A program made the position numbers and the translations under genes. Source: Deltaproteobacteria bacterium (GTDB taxonomy: Bacteria; Myxococcota_A; UBA9160; SMWR01). From it: a stretch of 64,000 bases of DNA. The number at the start of each line of letters is the position of its first letter. Positions within the stretch are counted from its first letter, which is position 1. Below the pieces are notes generated by a model, which ran no database searches, was not told the origin of the DNA, and worked only from the letters and a program-made list of their open reading frames with translations. This document shows, piece after piece, positions 54,879 through 64,000 of this stretch. Location: the NCBI GenBank assembly GCA_024638705.1, contig JAHEJV010000001.1:9-64008 (forward strand), given 5' to 3'.

Positions 54879-55217
54879 ATGCAGCTGCGAATCCAGTTCC
54901 GACATCTCGAGATCTCGCAAGAGGCGAAGAACGCGATCGAGCGCGGCGTGCGTCTCGACCTGGGTCGTTACTCGGCGATCATCGCGGAGGCCCGCGTCGC
55001 ACTGTCTCCGTCCCGCCGTTGCGATTTCGGCGAGAAGCAGTCCCGCATCCGCATCCGTCTGCGCAACGGCGAGGCGCTCCTCGGCGAGGGGTGCGGCGCA
55101 GATCCGAAGGAGGCACTCGACGCCGCCATGTGGCGGATCGAGCATCGCCTCGCGAGGCGTCGCCTCGCGCAATCCGACGATCGCCGCGCGATCGGTCCGA
55201 CGATCGCAGGCTACTAG
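54879..55217 (+). CDS. HPF/RaiA family ribosome-associated protein-like
   Basis: MQLRIQFRHLEISQEAKNAIERGVRLDLGRY...ARVAL...DPKEALDAAMWRIEHRLARRR follows the HPF/YfiA fold pattern. Confidence 0.62.
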   Translation: MQLRIQFRHLEISQEAKNAIERGVRLDLGRYSAIIAEARVALSPSRRCDFGEKQSRIRIRLRNGEALLGEGCGADPKEALDAAMWRIEHRLARRRLAQSDDRRAIGPTIAGY

Positions 55218-55381
55218 CCCCGCGACCAACGTCGCACGACGCATCGCGCACGTACCGCGTTGCTGGATGTCGACGCGACCGCGGGCATCGTTTCCCCATC
55301 GACCGCAGTTCCCGACCCGCCTTCGCAGAAGGAGCGCACGACGCGCTCCGGGCGCAGGCTCCAACCCAGAAGGAGTTCTTC

Positions 55382-56074
55382 ATGAGCACGGATCGCATTC
55401 TCTCTCAGCTTCTCGGAAGTGGCGCCGCATCCGGATTCGCCGGCGGTCTCGCCGGCGGACTGGCGAGTGGCCTCCTCACCAGCAAGTCCGGGCGCAAGTT
55501 CGGCAAGAAGGCGCTCAAGGTCGGAGGAATCGCCGCGATCGGCGGGCTCGCCTACGCCGCATTCAGCCGGTATCGCGATAATCAGGAGCTCGCCGGGGCC
55601 ACCGCCGTCTCGCGTACCGAGCCCGTCACGCCGGATCGCTTCGTTCCCGCGCCTCATCGCGCCGCCGAAGCGGACGCTCTCGCCCTGACGCTGCTCCGGG
55701 CGATGATCGCCGCGGCGCAGGCCGACGGCCGTCTCGACGGAGCCGAGCGCGCTGCGATCTACGAGCGTGTCGGGTCCCTCGATCTCTCCGATGCGGAGAA
55801 GGCGAACCTGCTGGCCCAGCTCGACGACCCGGTCGACATGAGCTCACTCGTGGCGGCCGCCTCGACCCCGGAGATCGCCGCGGAGATCTACACCGCGTCC
55901 CTGCTCGCGATCGAGCTGGACACGGCGGCGGAGCGCGCCTACCTCGCGATGCTCGCCGCGCGTCTGGGCCTTCCGGACGACCTCGTCGCAGCGATCCACA
56001 ATCAGATCGAGGTCGCCGGTTCCGCCGGAGACGCCGGGCCGCCGCAGCCGACCCTCCAGGCGGCAGCGACGTGA
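55382..56074 (+). CDS. DUF533 (YebE-like, TerB-fold) inner-membrane protein
   Basis: Gly-rich N-terminus with a TM segment (GLAGGLASGLL, VGGIAAIGGLAY), then a C-terminal TerB-like domain (LLRAMIAAAQADGRLDGAERAAI). Confidence 0.8.
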   Translation: MSTDRILSQLLGSGAASGFAGGLAGGLASGLLTSKSGRKFGKKALKVGGIAAIGGLAYAAFSRYRDNQELAGATAVSRTEPVTPDRFVPAPHRAAEADALALTLLRAMIAAAQADGRLDGAERAAIYERVGSLDLSDAEKANLLAQLDDPVDMSSLVAAASTPEIAAEIYTASLLAIELDTAAERAYLAMLAARLGLPDDLVAAIHNQIEVAGSAGDAGPPQPTLQAAAT

Positions 56075-56637
56075 GCAACCTGCGCCTGCGTCAAGCGCCG
56101 GGATGGATCTGCGTCTCGGCCTTCGCGATCGCACTCGTCCTCGCGAGTGCGGTCCAGGGTGAGGAGGCCGTCGGCGAGGACGAAGCCTTGCGCGACCGGA
56201 TCGAAGCGAAGCTCGAGGGATTGCCCGAGCGCGAAGGCGCGGAGATCCGCGTCGCGGTGCGCGACGGGCGAGTGCTCCTGCAAGGGAGCGTCCGCCTGCT
56301 CGAGCAGTCGCTGCGCGCCGAACGAGCGACCTGGAAGACGGACGGAGTGATCGATGTAGAGAACGAGCTTCGCGTCGTGCGCGCTGGACCGATCGACGAC
56401 AGTGCGATCGAGCGCCAGGTGCGCAAGGTCCTGGAAGCCGACGGCCGCTTCGTGGACACGAAGCTCGAGCTCGATGTGGTCGCGGGGCTCGTCCGCCTGC
56501 GGGGACTCTTCGAAGATCCCGCCGATCTGCTGACCCTCAAGCATCGGATCGCATCGATCCCGGGCGTTCTGGGTGTCGAGATCGACGCGATCCTCGTGGC
56601 GCGGCGGACGGCGTCGATCGCAGCTCTCAACTCGTAG
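56071..56637 (+). CDS. Periplasmic BON-domain protein (OsmY-like), two BON repeats
   Basis: GTG start overlapping the previous stop, with a signal peptide. BON-like segments are IRVAVRDGRVLLQGSV and LELDVVAGLVRLRGLF. Confidence 0.78.
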   Translation: MSNLRLRQAPGWICVSAFAIALVLASAVQGEEAVGEDEALRDRIEAKLEGLPEREGAEIRVAVRDGRVLLQGSVRLLEQSLRAERATWKTDGVIDVENELRVVRAGPIDDSAIERQVRKVLEADGRFVDTKLELDVVAGLVRLRGLFEDPADLLTLKHRIASIPGVLGVEIDAILVARRTASIAALNS

Positions 56638-56654
56638 AAAGGAGAACCGGAACC

Positions 56655-56927
56655 ATGCAGACCGAGATCTACGCCAAGCTCCATGACCTGCCCGTGCGGT
56701 CTCACGAGAATGACGGGATGAGTCGCAGCCACGGGCTCCGTGCCTCCACCGAGAAGAGAGCCGGACACGCGATCTCCGTGCCGGGCTTCTACGTCTGGGA
56801 CGAACACCGTCGTGATGCCGAGCAGTGGGCGGCCACCCTGCTCGAAGTGGCGTCATGCGCACCGACGGACGTCGTCGCCGACGGCGTCGATCCCGGCCGG
56901 AGTCGATCCGCCGTCGGATCGAGCTGA
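56655..56927 (+). CDS. Hypothetical protein (90 aa)
   Basis: ATG preceded by AAAGGAG. No recognisable domain and moderate codon bias. Confidence 0.3.
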   Translation: MQTEIYAKLHDLPVRSHENDGMSRSHGLRASTEKRAGHAISVPGFYVWDEHRRDAEQWAATLLEVASCAPTDVVADGVDPGRSRSAVGSS

Positions 56928-57136
56928 TCCCCCAGCGGATCGCTTCGGACGCGCCGAGTACGCCTTGCTCCGTCGGAGCACGGGGGTATTCTGCCGGCCG
57001 AGGATCATCCGGATGAAGCTCGCCATCGACCGCACCGACACCATCGCCCCGTTCCCGGGCGTGCTCGTCGTCGTCGCGCAGGGAGCTCGCGTCCGGCACT
57101 AGCTCGAGAGCCTCGCAAGAGCTCGGAGACCCCGAA

Positions 57137-57175
57137 GAAGGCCACGGACGCGAACGGCGACCGTGGCCTTCGTTT
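57137..57175 (+). terminator. Hairpin plus short T-run upstream of the MATE gene
   Basis: GAAGGCCACGG, a 13-nt loop, then CCGTGGCCTTC, followed by GTTT. Confidence 0.4.
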
Positions 57176-57212
57176 CATCCGGGCCCGCCGGCACCACCGG
57201 AGTCTTCCGATC

Positions 57213-58589
57213 ATGTCTCTCGAAACCCCGCCCGCGCTCGAGGCGTCCGCGATCCCGCGGCACGAGCGCGGCAGCCTGCGCGAGGTGTTCGACCTCGCCT
57301 ACCCGGTCGTCCTCACCACGCTCTCGACGACCCTGATGGGCGTCGTCGACTCGGCGATGGTCGGACGCCTCGGACCGACCGAGCTCGCCGCTGTCGGCTT
57401 CGGCGGCATCTGGCTGTGGACCTTCTTCTCGCTGTTCTACGGCAGCGCCACCGGCGTGCAGACCTTCGTCTCCCAGGCCGACGGCGCCGGAGACGCGCGC
57501 TCGTGCGGAACCTGGGTCTGGCAGAGCCTCTACGCGCTGGTTCCGCCGATGGCGCTCGTGCTCCTCGTCCTCGCGTTCGTGCTGGAGCCGTGGATCGCCT
57601 GGATGGGTCCTTCGGATGCACTGGGCGGAGAAGCCGCGGGCTACATCCGCGCGCGCCTGCCCGGCGAGATCGGCATCGTGGTCGGCATGGCGGCGGCGTC
57701 CTTCTTTCGCGGCCTCGGCGACACGCGCACGCCGCTCTACGCGACGATCGGCGGCAATCTCGTGAACGTCGTCCTCGACTACGGGCTGATCTTCGGCGAG
57801 CTCGGCCTGCCCGCGTGGGGGGTGTTCGGCGCGGGCGTGGCGACGGCGATCGGCCACTGGTGCGCCGCCGTGCTGATGATCGGACTCCTCCTGCGTCGCG
57901 GCGCGCGCGAACGCCACGCGACGACGCCGGTCGCCCCCGACGTCCACGCCATGCGCCGCTTCCTGCGCACCGGCGCACCGATCGGCGGCGAGTGGTTCCT
58001 CGGCATGACCTCCTTCGCCGTGTTCACCACGCTCGTCGCGCAGATGGGCGACATCGAGATGGCGGCGAGCCAGGTGTTCGTCGTGCTGCTCTCGCTCTCG
58101 TTCATGCAGGCGATGGGCATCTCGATGGCGGCGGCCACGCTCGTCGGGCGTTATGTCGGCGCGCGCGACGAGGACGCCGCCGAACGCAGCTTCCGCACGT
58201 CGGTGCAGCTCGGCGTCGTGCTCGGGCTGGGGGTCGCGGTGCTCTATCTCGTCATCCCCGGACCGCTGCTGCGGATCTTCACCGACGACCCGGAAGTGAT
58301 CGCGCTGGGCGCACCGCTGCTCGCGATGGGCGCCCTCTTCCAGCTCTTCGACGCGATCGGCATCATCTCGGAGGGCGCCCTGCGCGGCGCGGGCGACACG
58401 CGCTGGCCCTTCCTGGCGCACACCCTCGCCGGCTGGGGCTTCTTCGTCCCCGGCGCCTACACCCTCGGCATCGTCCTCGACTACGGCCTGTTCGGCGCCT
58501 GGTGCGGCGGGCTCGTATACGTCTTCGTGCTGGCGGCGGTGATGGCGCGGCGGTTCCGTTCGGGCGCGTGGCGCAAGATCACGATCTGA
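57213..58589 (+). CDS. MATE family efflux transporter
   Basis: 458 aa, 12 TM. N-terminal motif LAYPVVLTTLSTTLMGVVDSAMVGRLG, and a second-half repeat GAPIGGEW... Confidence 0.9.
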   Translation: MSLETPPALEASAIPRHERGSLREVFDLAYPVVLTTLSTTLMGVVDSAMVGRLGPTELAAVGFGGIWLWTFFSLFYGSATGVQTFVSQADGAGDARSCGTWVWQSLYALVPPMALVLLVLAFVLEPWIAWMGPSDALGGEAAGYIRARLPGEIGIVVGMAAASFFRGLGDTRTPLYATIGGNLVNVVLDYGLIFGELGLPAWGVFGAGVATAIGHWCAAVLMIGLLLRRGARERHATTPVAPDVHAMRRFLRTGAPIGGEWFLGMTSFAVFTTLVAQMGDIEMAASQVFVVLLSLSFMQAMGISMAAATLVGRYVGARDEDAAERSFRTSVQLGVVLGLGVAVLYLVIPGPLLRIFTDDPEVIALGAPLLAMGALFQLFDAIGIISEGALRGAGDTRWPFLAHTLAGWGFFVPGAYTLGIVLDYGLFGAWCGGLVYVFVLAAVMARRFRSGAWRKITI

Positions 58590-59286
58590 GCGCCGCGTCG
58601 CGCGACCGCTTCGCCTGCGCGACCAGACGGTGGAACCGGCGATGGAACTTCTCCCACAACCCGTCCGGCTTCTCCGCGAAGATCGCGTCGGAGGAGGCCG
58701 AGACGACCAACCACTGGCCGCGCGCGATCTCGCCGTCGAGTTGCTTCGGCTGCCACCCGGCATAACCCGCGTAGACGCGTAGACGCCCCGACTCGAGCTT
58801 CGCCGTCTGCGCGAGCAGCACCTCCCGGTCGGCGCTGATGAAGACGTCGTCCGCGACGGACGACGAGTGCTCGGGCGGCTCGTCGGCGCGCAGCAGCATC
58901 ATCACCTTCGAGGTCTCCACCGGCCCTCCGACGTACAACGTGCCCGACCCCTCGACCGCGCCCTCCACCACTTCGTGGAGCGCGACGTCGATCGGCTTGT
59001 TCACGATCAGCCCGAGCGCGCCGCTCTCGCTGTAGCTCACGAGATAGACCACCGACTCGTGGAAGATCGAGCCACGGATCTTCTCCGTCGCGACGAGGAA
59101 GCGCCCGGCGGCGGGAAGCTCACCCGTGGGCGCGGAGTCGCCCGAAGCCTCCGGCGGCGGAGCTTCCTCCGCGACGACCCGGGCGTCGGAGTTGCAGGCG
59201 CCGACGGTCACGACGACGCACGCGAACCCGAACGCGGCGGCGAATCGTCGCCCGCTCCGCTCCGTCGTGCTCATCGCGCCGCGCAC
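58579..59286 (-). CDS. YqgE/AlgH family protein (UPF0301) with lipoprotein-type signal
   Basis: Motifs seen: GSIFHESVVYLVSYSESGALGLIVNKP, LYVGGPVE and YAGYAGWQPKQLDGEI. Start is GTG 59286 or ATG 59274. Its 3' end overlaps the MATE gene end by 11 nt (convergent). Confidence 0.85.
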   Translation of the reverse strand: MRGAMSTTERSGRRFAAAFGFACVVVTVGACNSDARVVAEEAPPPEASGDSAPTGELPAAGRFLVATEKIRGSIFHESVVYLVSYSESGALGLIVNKPIDVALHEVVEGAVEGSGTLYVGGPVETSKVMMLLRADEPPEHSSSVADDVFISADREVLLAQTAKLESGRLRVYAGYAGWQPKQLDGEIARGQWLVVSASSDAIFAEKPDGLWEKFHRRFHRLVAQAKRSRDAALRS

Positions 59287-59299
59287 CCGGCGCAGGGTA

Positions 59300-60151
59300 T
59301 CACGCGGTGAGCGCGGCCTTCGCGGGCTCGAGCTTCACGCGCGCGACGACGGGCAGGTGGTCGGACGCGCGTCGCGCCGCGCGCGAATCGTGGGCTTCGA
59401 GCTCGATCAGCTCGAGGCCGCGCGCATAGATGCGGTCGAGGGCGAGCATCGGGCTGGCCGACGGAAACGACGCCGGCCACGCGGTGTTGTGGTGCTCCGT
59501 GAGCGCTTCGTCGAGCTCGCGCGTCGCCTTGCACTTCCGCCAGGCGTTCATGTCGCCCATCAGCAGCGTCGGCGTGTGCACCAGACGCGGGTGTTCGAGC
59601 AGCGACCGCACCTGGCGCTGGCGCGTGCGGTCGGCGAGCGCGAGGTGCGTCGCCACGACGTCGACTTCGCCCTGCTCGTCCCGGAGCTGCGCAGCCACGG
59701 CGAGCCGCTTCTCGATGCGGCTGAAGGAGAGGTCCAACATCGAAACGCCGGCGAAGGGCCAGCGCGAGAGGATCGCGTTGCCGATCTTGCCGCGTTTGTG
59801 CACGCGCGTGACGGCGAAGGCGACGTGCAGGCCGAGGGCCTCGGCGAGCGCTTCGAGCGGGTCATCGCCGCGCGAGGGGCGCAACACCTCCTGGAGCGAG
59901 ATCAGGTCGGCGTCCAGCTCCGAGATGACGAAGCCCGCGCGCGCCGGGTCGGGACGGCTGCGGCCGTTCAGGCCCGTCCAGCGGTGGACGTTGTAGGTGG
60001 CCACCCGGAGCTCGCCGGAAAGCGGGACCGGCGCCGCGGGGCGACGGGGCGCGCGCAGCAGGGCGAGGTGCGGCGCGTCACCGCGAGGCTCGTCCTTCCG
60101 GCTTCGCCGACTGCGCCGCTGCGGCGCTGCCTCTTCATCCTCCAGCAACAC
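59300..60151 (-). CDS. Endonuclease/exonuclease/phosphatase (EEP) family protein
   Basis: Motifs seen: VATYNVH, ISLQEV, GNAILSRWP, THLA, MGDMN and SDHLPVVA. Start is GTG 60151 or TTG 60148. The N-terminus is Arg-rich. Confidence 0.8.
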   Translation of the reverse strand: MLLEDEEAAPQRRSRRSRKDEPRGDAPHLALLRAPRRPAAPVPLSGELRVATYNVHRWTGLNGRSRPDPARAGFVISELDADLISLQEVLRPSRGDDPLEALAEALGLHVAFAVTRVHKRGKIGNAILSRWPFAGVSMLDLSFSRIEKRLAVAAQLRDEQGEVDVVATHLALADRTRQRQVRSLLEHPRLVHTPTLLMGDMNAWRKCKATRELDEALTEHHNTAWPASFPSASPMLALDRIYARGLELIELEAHDSRAARRASDHLPVVARVKLEPAKAALTA

Positions 60152-60358
60152 GGTGTCCCAATCCCTCTCTTTCCCGCGGTTCGCGCCTCTCCGGCCCCCG
60201 CCGCCGTGAAGAATAGCGGCTGCCCCGGGCCGGCGAGGTGAAGGTCCTACGTCGGACGCGAGGCGTTCGCGCCCGCTCGCCCGCCTCGGCCGCGTCGTCT
60301 GGCGACGCGGCGAACTTGAGCGCAAGCCGCCTTCCGGGAGGACCGATACGCTCGGGAC

Positions 60359-61729
60359 ATGGCCCGTCCGAAGCAACCGCCTCTCGGATCGCTGCTCGAC
60401 GCGCCCGCCGTGCGGGAAGCCGCCCAGGCGCTCGTCGCGGCCGTCCGCGCCGAAGCCGGTGAGCGGGAGCTCTCGGCGAAGGGCTACGAGCGTGCCCTGC
60501 GCGAGATCGGACGCATGCGCGGTCGCCCGCTGCCGCTCGCGCTGCTCTCCGGCGGCACCGGTCGCGGCGCGCGCGTTCGCCTCGCCGACGGCCGCACGCT
60601 GCTCGACTTCGTGAGCGGCATCGGCACCTACCTCTTCGGGCACGGCGACGACGACCTGCTCGAAACTGCCGTCGTCGCGGCCGCGGGCGACGCGGTCTAC
60701 CAGGGCCACCTGATGCCCGGCGCCGAATACCACGGGATGCTCAAGGCGCTGCTGCGCCACACCGGGCCGCGCATCCAACACGGCTGGCTCTCGGTCTCCG
60801 GCGCGATGGCGAACGAGAACGCGCTGAAGATCGTGCTCCAGAAGAACGCACCAGCGGACATGATCGTGTCCTTCGAGCGCGGCTTCTCCGGACGCACGCT
60901 CGCGCTCGCCGAGATCACCGACAAGGCGGCCTTCCGCGAAGGTCTGCCGCTCTCCGGCCGAGCGCTCTACGTCCCCTTCTACGACCCGGACAATCCGCAT
61001 CGCACGCTCGCCGCGCTCGATGCGCATCTCGAACGCTACAAGGGGCGCATCGCCGCGATGCTCTTCGAGTTGATCCAGGGCGAAGGCGGCTTCCACACCG
61101 CGCCGCCCGAGTTCTTCCGCAGCGTCATGGAACGGTGTCGGGCCGCCGGTGTCGCAGTGTGGGTGGATGAAGTGCAGACCTTCGCGCGCACCGGCGAGCT
61201 CTTCGCCTATCGCACGCTCGGGCTCGAAGACCTCGTCGACGTCGTCACCTGCGGCAAGGCGCTCCAGGGCAGCGCCGTCCTCTTCACCCGCGGCTACAAC
61301 CCGAAGCCCGGGCTGATCGCCGGCACCTACGCCGGATCGACCGTCGGGCTCGCGGTCGGCACGCGCATCATCGAGCGGCTCGAGAGCGAGGGCTATCTCG
61401 GGCACGAGGGACGCGTCGCCCTGCTCGGCACGCGCTTCGAGCGCTGGCTCGAGAGCCTGCGCAAGCGGATGCCCCACGCGATCGGTCCGCGCTCGGGCAC
61501 AGGCGCGATGCAGGCCTTCGTCCCCTTCGACGGCTCGCCCGAAGCGGCCCAGACGACGATCCACGCGGCGTTCGAAGAGGGTCTGCTCGTCTGGAGCGCG
61601 GGCTCGAGGCCGGCGAAGCTGCGCATGCTGCTGCCGGTGAACACGACCGACGAAGAGCTCGAGAGCGGCTTCACGATCCTCGAGAAGGCGCTGCGCCGCG
61701 TCGCGGAAGAGTTCGGTTGGACATGTTGA
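60359..61729 (+). CDS. Class-III PLP-dependent aminotransferase (AstC/ArgD-like, divergent)
   Basis: Motifs seen: SGAMANENALK, FELIQGEGG, WVDEVQTF and TCGKAL (PLP Lys). Confidence 0.85.
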   Translation: MARPKQPPLGSLLDAPAVREAAQALVAAVRAEAGERELSAKGYERALREIGRMRGRPLPLALLSGGTGRGARVRLADGRTLLDFVSGIGTYLFGHGDDDLLETAVVAAAGDAVYQGHLMPGAEYHGMLKALLRHTGPRIQHGWLSVSGAMANENALKIVLQKNAPADMIVSFERGFSGRTLALAEITDKAAFREGLPLSGRALYVPFYDPDNPHRTLAALDAHLERYKGRIAAMLFELIQGEGGFHTAPPEFFRSVMERCRAAGVAVWVDEVQTFARTGELFAYRTLGLEDLVDVVTCGKALQGSAVLFTRGYNPKPGLIAGTYAGSTVGLAVGTRIIERLESEGYLGHEGRVALLGTRFERWLESLRKRMPHAIGPRSGTGAMQAFVPFDGSPEAAQTTIHAAFEEGLLVWSAGSRPAKLRMLLPVNTTDEELESGFTILEKALRRVAEEFGWTC

Positions 61730-62748
61730 TCCTGCGGCCGATCGAGCCCCGCGACGCCGACGCGCTGCTCGGTCTCGCGACGCAACTCGACTCGATGAAC
61801 CTCCCCGCCGAGCCCGCCTTCCTCGCCGAGCGCATCGCGCTCTCCCAGCGCTCCTTCGCCGGCGAGCTCGAAGACTGGCGCGAGGGCATCTACGTGTTCG
61901 TCCTCGAGGACAGCGACGTCGAACGCTGCGTCGGCACCTGCACCATCCTCGCCAAACACGGTCGCCCGGGGCATCCCTACTTCTGGCTCGAAGTGACGAA
62001 CGAAGTGCGCCGCAGCGACGACCTCGGCGTCCGCTTCGAGCACAAGAAGCTGCAGCTGCGCTCGACCGAGGACGGCCCCACCGAGATCGGCGGCATCGTC
62101 CTCGAACCCGCCTACCGTCGTCACAAGGGACGCTGCGGCAAGGCGCTCTCGATCGTGCGCTTCGCCTACATGTCGATGCATCCCGACCGCTTCGAACGCG
62201 AAGTGATCGCCGAGATGCTCTCACCCTTCGAGGAAGGCCGGCGCAACCTGCTCTGGGACGCCTTCGGCAAGCACTTCACCGGCCTCTCCTACCGCGAGGC
62301 CGACCACCTCTCTTCGCGCTCGAAGCAGTTCATCGCCGATCTCTTCCCGGTCGACCCGGTGTACGCGACGCTCTTCCCGCAGCGCGTGCAGGACGTGATC
62401 GGCCAGGCGAACGAGACCGCCGTCGCGGCGCTGCGCATCCTCGAGAAAATCGGCTTCCGCCACCTCTGCCAGGTCGATCCCTTCGACGGCGGGCCCTACG
62501 TCGGCGCGTCGCGCGACGCGATCGCATCGGTGAACCAACGGCGCCAGCTCGTGCTGCCGGGTCTCGCCCGCGAGGCGCCGGCGACCGACGAGGAGACGCT
62601 GGTGTTGATCTCGGCCGAGGGGCGTCACGGCTTCCGCGCGACGGTCGTGCCGATCGACGCGGATGAGTCGCCCTACGTGTGCGAGGCGGCGCGCGAGGCG
62701 CTGGGCGTCGGCGCGGGCGACCGCGTGTCGATCACGCCGCTGCCGTGA
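61723..62748 (+). CDS. astA: Arginine N-succinyltransferase
   Basis: MLILRPIEPRDADALLGLA..., GPTEIGGIVLEPAYRRHKG, and FPVDPVYATLFP. The ATG overlaps the aminotransferase stop. Confidence 0.86.
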   Translation: MLILRPIEPRDADALLGLATQLDSMNLPAEPAFLAERIALSQRSFAGELEDWREGIYVFVLEDSDVERCVGTCTILAKHGRPGHPYFWLEVTNEVRRSDDLGVRFEHKKLQLRSTEDGPTEIGGIVLEPAYRRHKGRCGKALSIVRFAYMSMHPDRFEREVIAEMLSPFEEGRRNLLWDAFGKHFTGLSYREADHLSSRSKQFIADLFPVDPVYATLFPQRVQDVIGQANETAVAALRILEKIGFRHLCQVDPFDGGPYVGASRDAIASVNQRRQLVLPGLAREAPATDEETLVLISAEGRHGFRATVVPIDADESPYVCEAAREALGVGAGDRVSITPLP

Positions 62749-62768
62749 GCCCGCGACGGTGAGTGAGC

Positions 62769-64000
62769 TGGAGAGCGTCTCGCCGTCGGACCCGACCGAC
62801 GTCGTCGGACGCTTTCCGGTCGCGGATGCAGCGGACGTCGACGCGGCGGTGGCGCGCGCCCGCGAAGCCTTTCCGGCCTGGCGCGACGCCGGCCTCGCCG
62901 CGCGCACCGAAGTGCTCGAACGCTTCGCGCGTCTCGCCGGCGAGCGCGTCGACGAGCTCACCCTGTTGATCGCGCGCGAAGTCGGGAAGGCGCGCTGGGA
63001 CGCCGCGGGCGAGGCGCGCCTGCTGGCGCCGAAGGTCGCGGTGACGCTCGGCGACGGGATGGACCTCGTCGCGCCGCTCGAGCCCGCCGCGGGACAGCGC
63101 GCCACCTATCGCCCGCGCGGCGTGCTCGCCGTGTACGGGCCGTTCAACTTCCCGGCACACCTGCCCAACGGCCACATCGTGCCGGCGCTCGCGACCGGCA
63201 ACACCGTCGTGTTCAAGCCGAGTGAGGAGGCGCCCGCGGTGGGCGCGTGGATGGCCGGACTCTGGCGTGAAGCCGGGCTGCCCGAGGGCGTGCTCGAGGT
63301 GGTGCAGGGCGGGCCCGAGACGGGACAGGCGCTGGCGGCGTCGGCGGTGGACGGGATCCTGTTCACCGGGTCGTACGGCACCGGCCGCGCGCTGCGCGCC
63401 GCGACCCTCGACGCGCCGGAGAAGCTCCTCGCCCTCGAGCTCGGCGGCAGCAACGCGATGATCGTGTGCGCCGACGCCGACCTCGATCTCGCCGTCGCCG
63501 AGGCCGCGCTCTCGGTCGCCGCGACGACGGGCCAGCGCTGCACCTGCGCGCGGCGGCTGTTCGTCGCGCGGTCGATCGTCGACGCATTCACCGAGAAGCT
63601 GTGCGCGGTGCTAGGCGGCCTGCGCATCGGGGCCCCGCTCGAAGAGGGCGTGTTCATGGGTCCGCTCGCGTCGCTCGATGCGCACCAGCGCTTCGAGGCG
63701 ATGCGTTCGGGTTGGAAGGAGGCTGGCGGCGAGCGCGTGCTCGACGTACAGCCCGAGCTGCCCGCGCCTTATGTGGGGCCGGGGCTGGTCCGCTTCGCCG
63801 GGCTCGCGCAGACTCACGCCTATCAGCGCGAGGAGATGTTCGGCCCGGAAGCCGCGCTCTACGCGTTCGACACCCTCGACGAGGCGATCGCCGCCGCGAA
63901 CGACTCCGACTACGGGCTCGCGGCCAGCGTGATGACGCGCGACCGCGCGGCCTACGAGCGCTGCGTCGGACGCGTGCGCACCGGCATCCTCAACTGGAAC
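62769..64000 (+). CDS. astD: Succinylglutamate-semialdehyde dehydrogenase-like aldehyde dehydrogenase (3' end beyond the window)
   Basis: GTG at 62769. My translation gives FKPSEEAP, LALELGGSNAMIV and GQRCTCARRL (catalytic Cys), also EEMFGPEAALYAF. The frame is open to the window end. Confidence 0.86.

Noticed and set aside
59300-62224. A 974-aa minus-strand ORF spanning the aminotransferase and astA region.
   Set aside because: Only the last 283 codons (59300-60151) show EEP nuclease/phosphatase motifs. The rest is antisense shadow over well-supported plus-strand genes.
1-64000. CRISPR arrays, integrases, transposases, prophage or toxin-antitoxin modules, and recognisable anti-phage defence systems.
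   Set aside because: I saw no regularly spaced direct repeats and no recombinase, transposase or phage structural signatures. The only repeat structures are the two-unit coding duplication, the inverted repeats and the MITE-like element reported above.

Overview
Very GC-rich bacterial chromosomal segment (GC not computed). Alternative-frame ORFs rich in Arg/Ala/Pro are common and were treated as artefacts. The ORF track evidently also uses GTG/TTG starts, shown as M. I can support about 65 protein genes. I found no rRNA, tRNA, CRISPR array, integrase or transposase.

Layout:
- 1-22.7 kb is mostly housekeeping: UvrD-type helicase, a DUF35/thiolase lipid-degradation pair, glmS-glmU, hflX, fabH, a phasin-like gene, gcdH, murQ, mutS2, and a methionine-salvage-like pair.
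- 23-33 kb holds an MFS transporter, folC, an NRDE protein, a patatin-like lipase, and a lipoprotein/VWA/M28 envelope cluster.
- 33-40 kb holds comM, then a small ORF, DNA topoisomerase VI subunits B and A, and rfbA-rfbC.
- 40-45 kb (minus strand) holds fur, then a Fur-box-like palindrome, then an operon: Com-like Zn finger, porin, FMN-binding protein, a 194-bp palindromic insert, a 4-TM protein, ApbE and a Zn-ribbon peptide.
- 45-58.6 kb is an ion/alkali/osmotic stress island: two HPF-like genes, a degraded USP, sbtA-sbtB fused to mrpABCDEFG, two TerB-like proteins, an NhaR-like LysR regulator, a BON protein and a MATE pump.
- 58.6-64 kb holds yqgE/algH, an EEP nuclease/phosphatase, and an arginine succinyltransferase-pathway trio.

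Most noteworthy:
1. A canonical type IIB topoisomerase (Topo VI B+A) in a bacterial context. Both subunits carry Lys-rich N-terminal tails, and a near-consensus sigma-54 promoter lies upstream.
2. A translationally coupled nine-gene sbtA-sbtB-mrpA-G operon.
3. A candidate Fur-controlled porin / FMN-binding protein / ApbE module, interrupted by a MITE-like element.
4. A bipartite promoter-like motif shared by four stress genes.
5. An orphan sigma-54 promoter plus hairpin (candidate sRNA) beside a 29-bp perfect inverted repeat.

All functional calls rest on motif recognition by eye. No database search was run.
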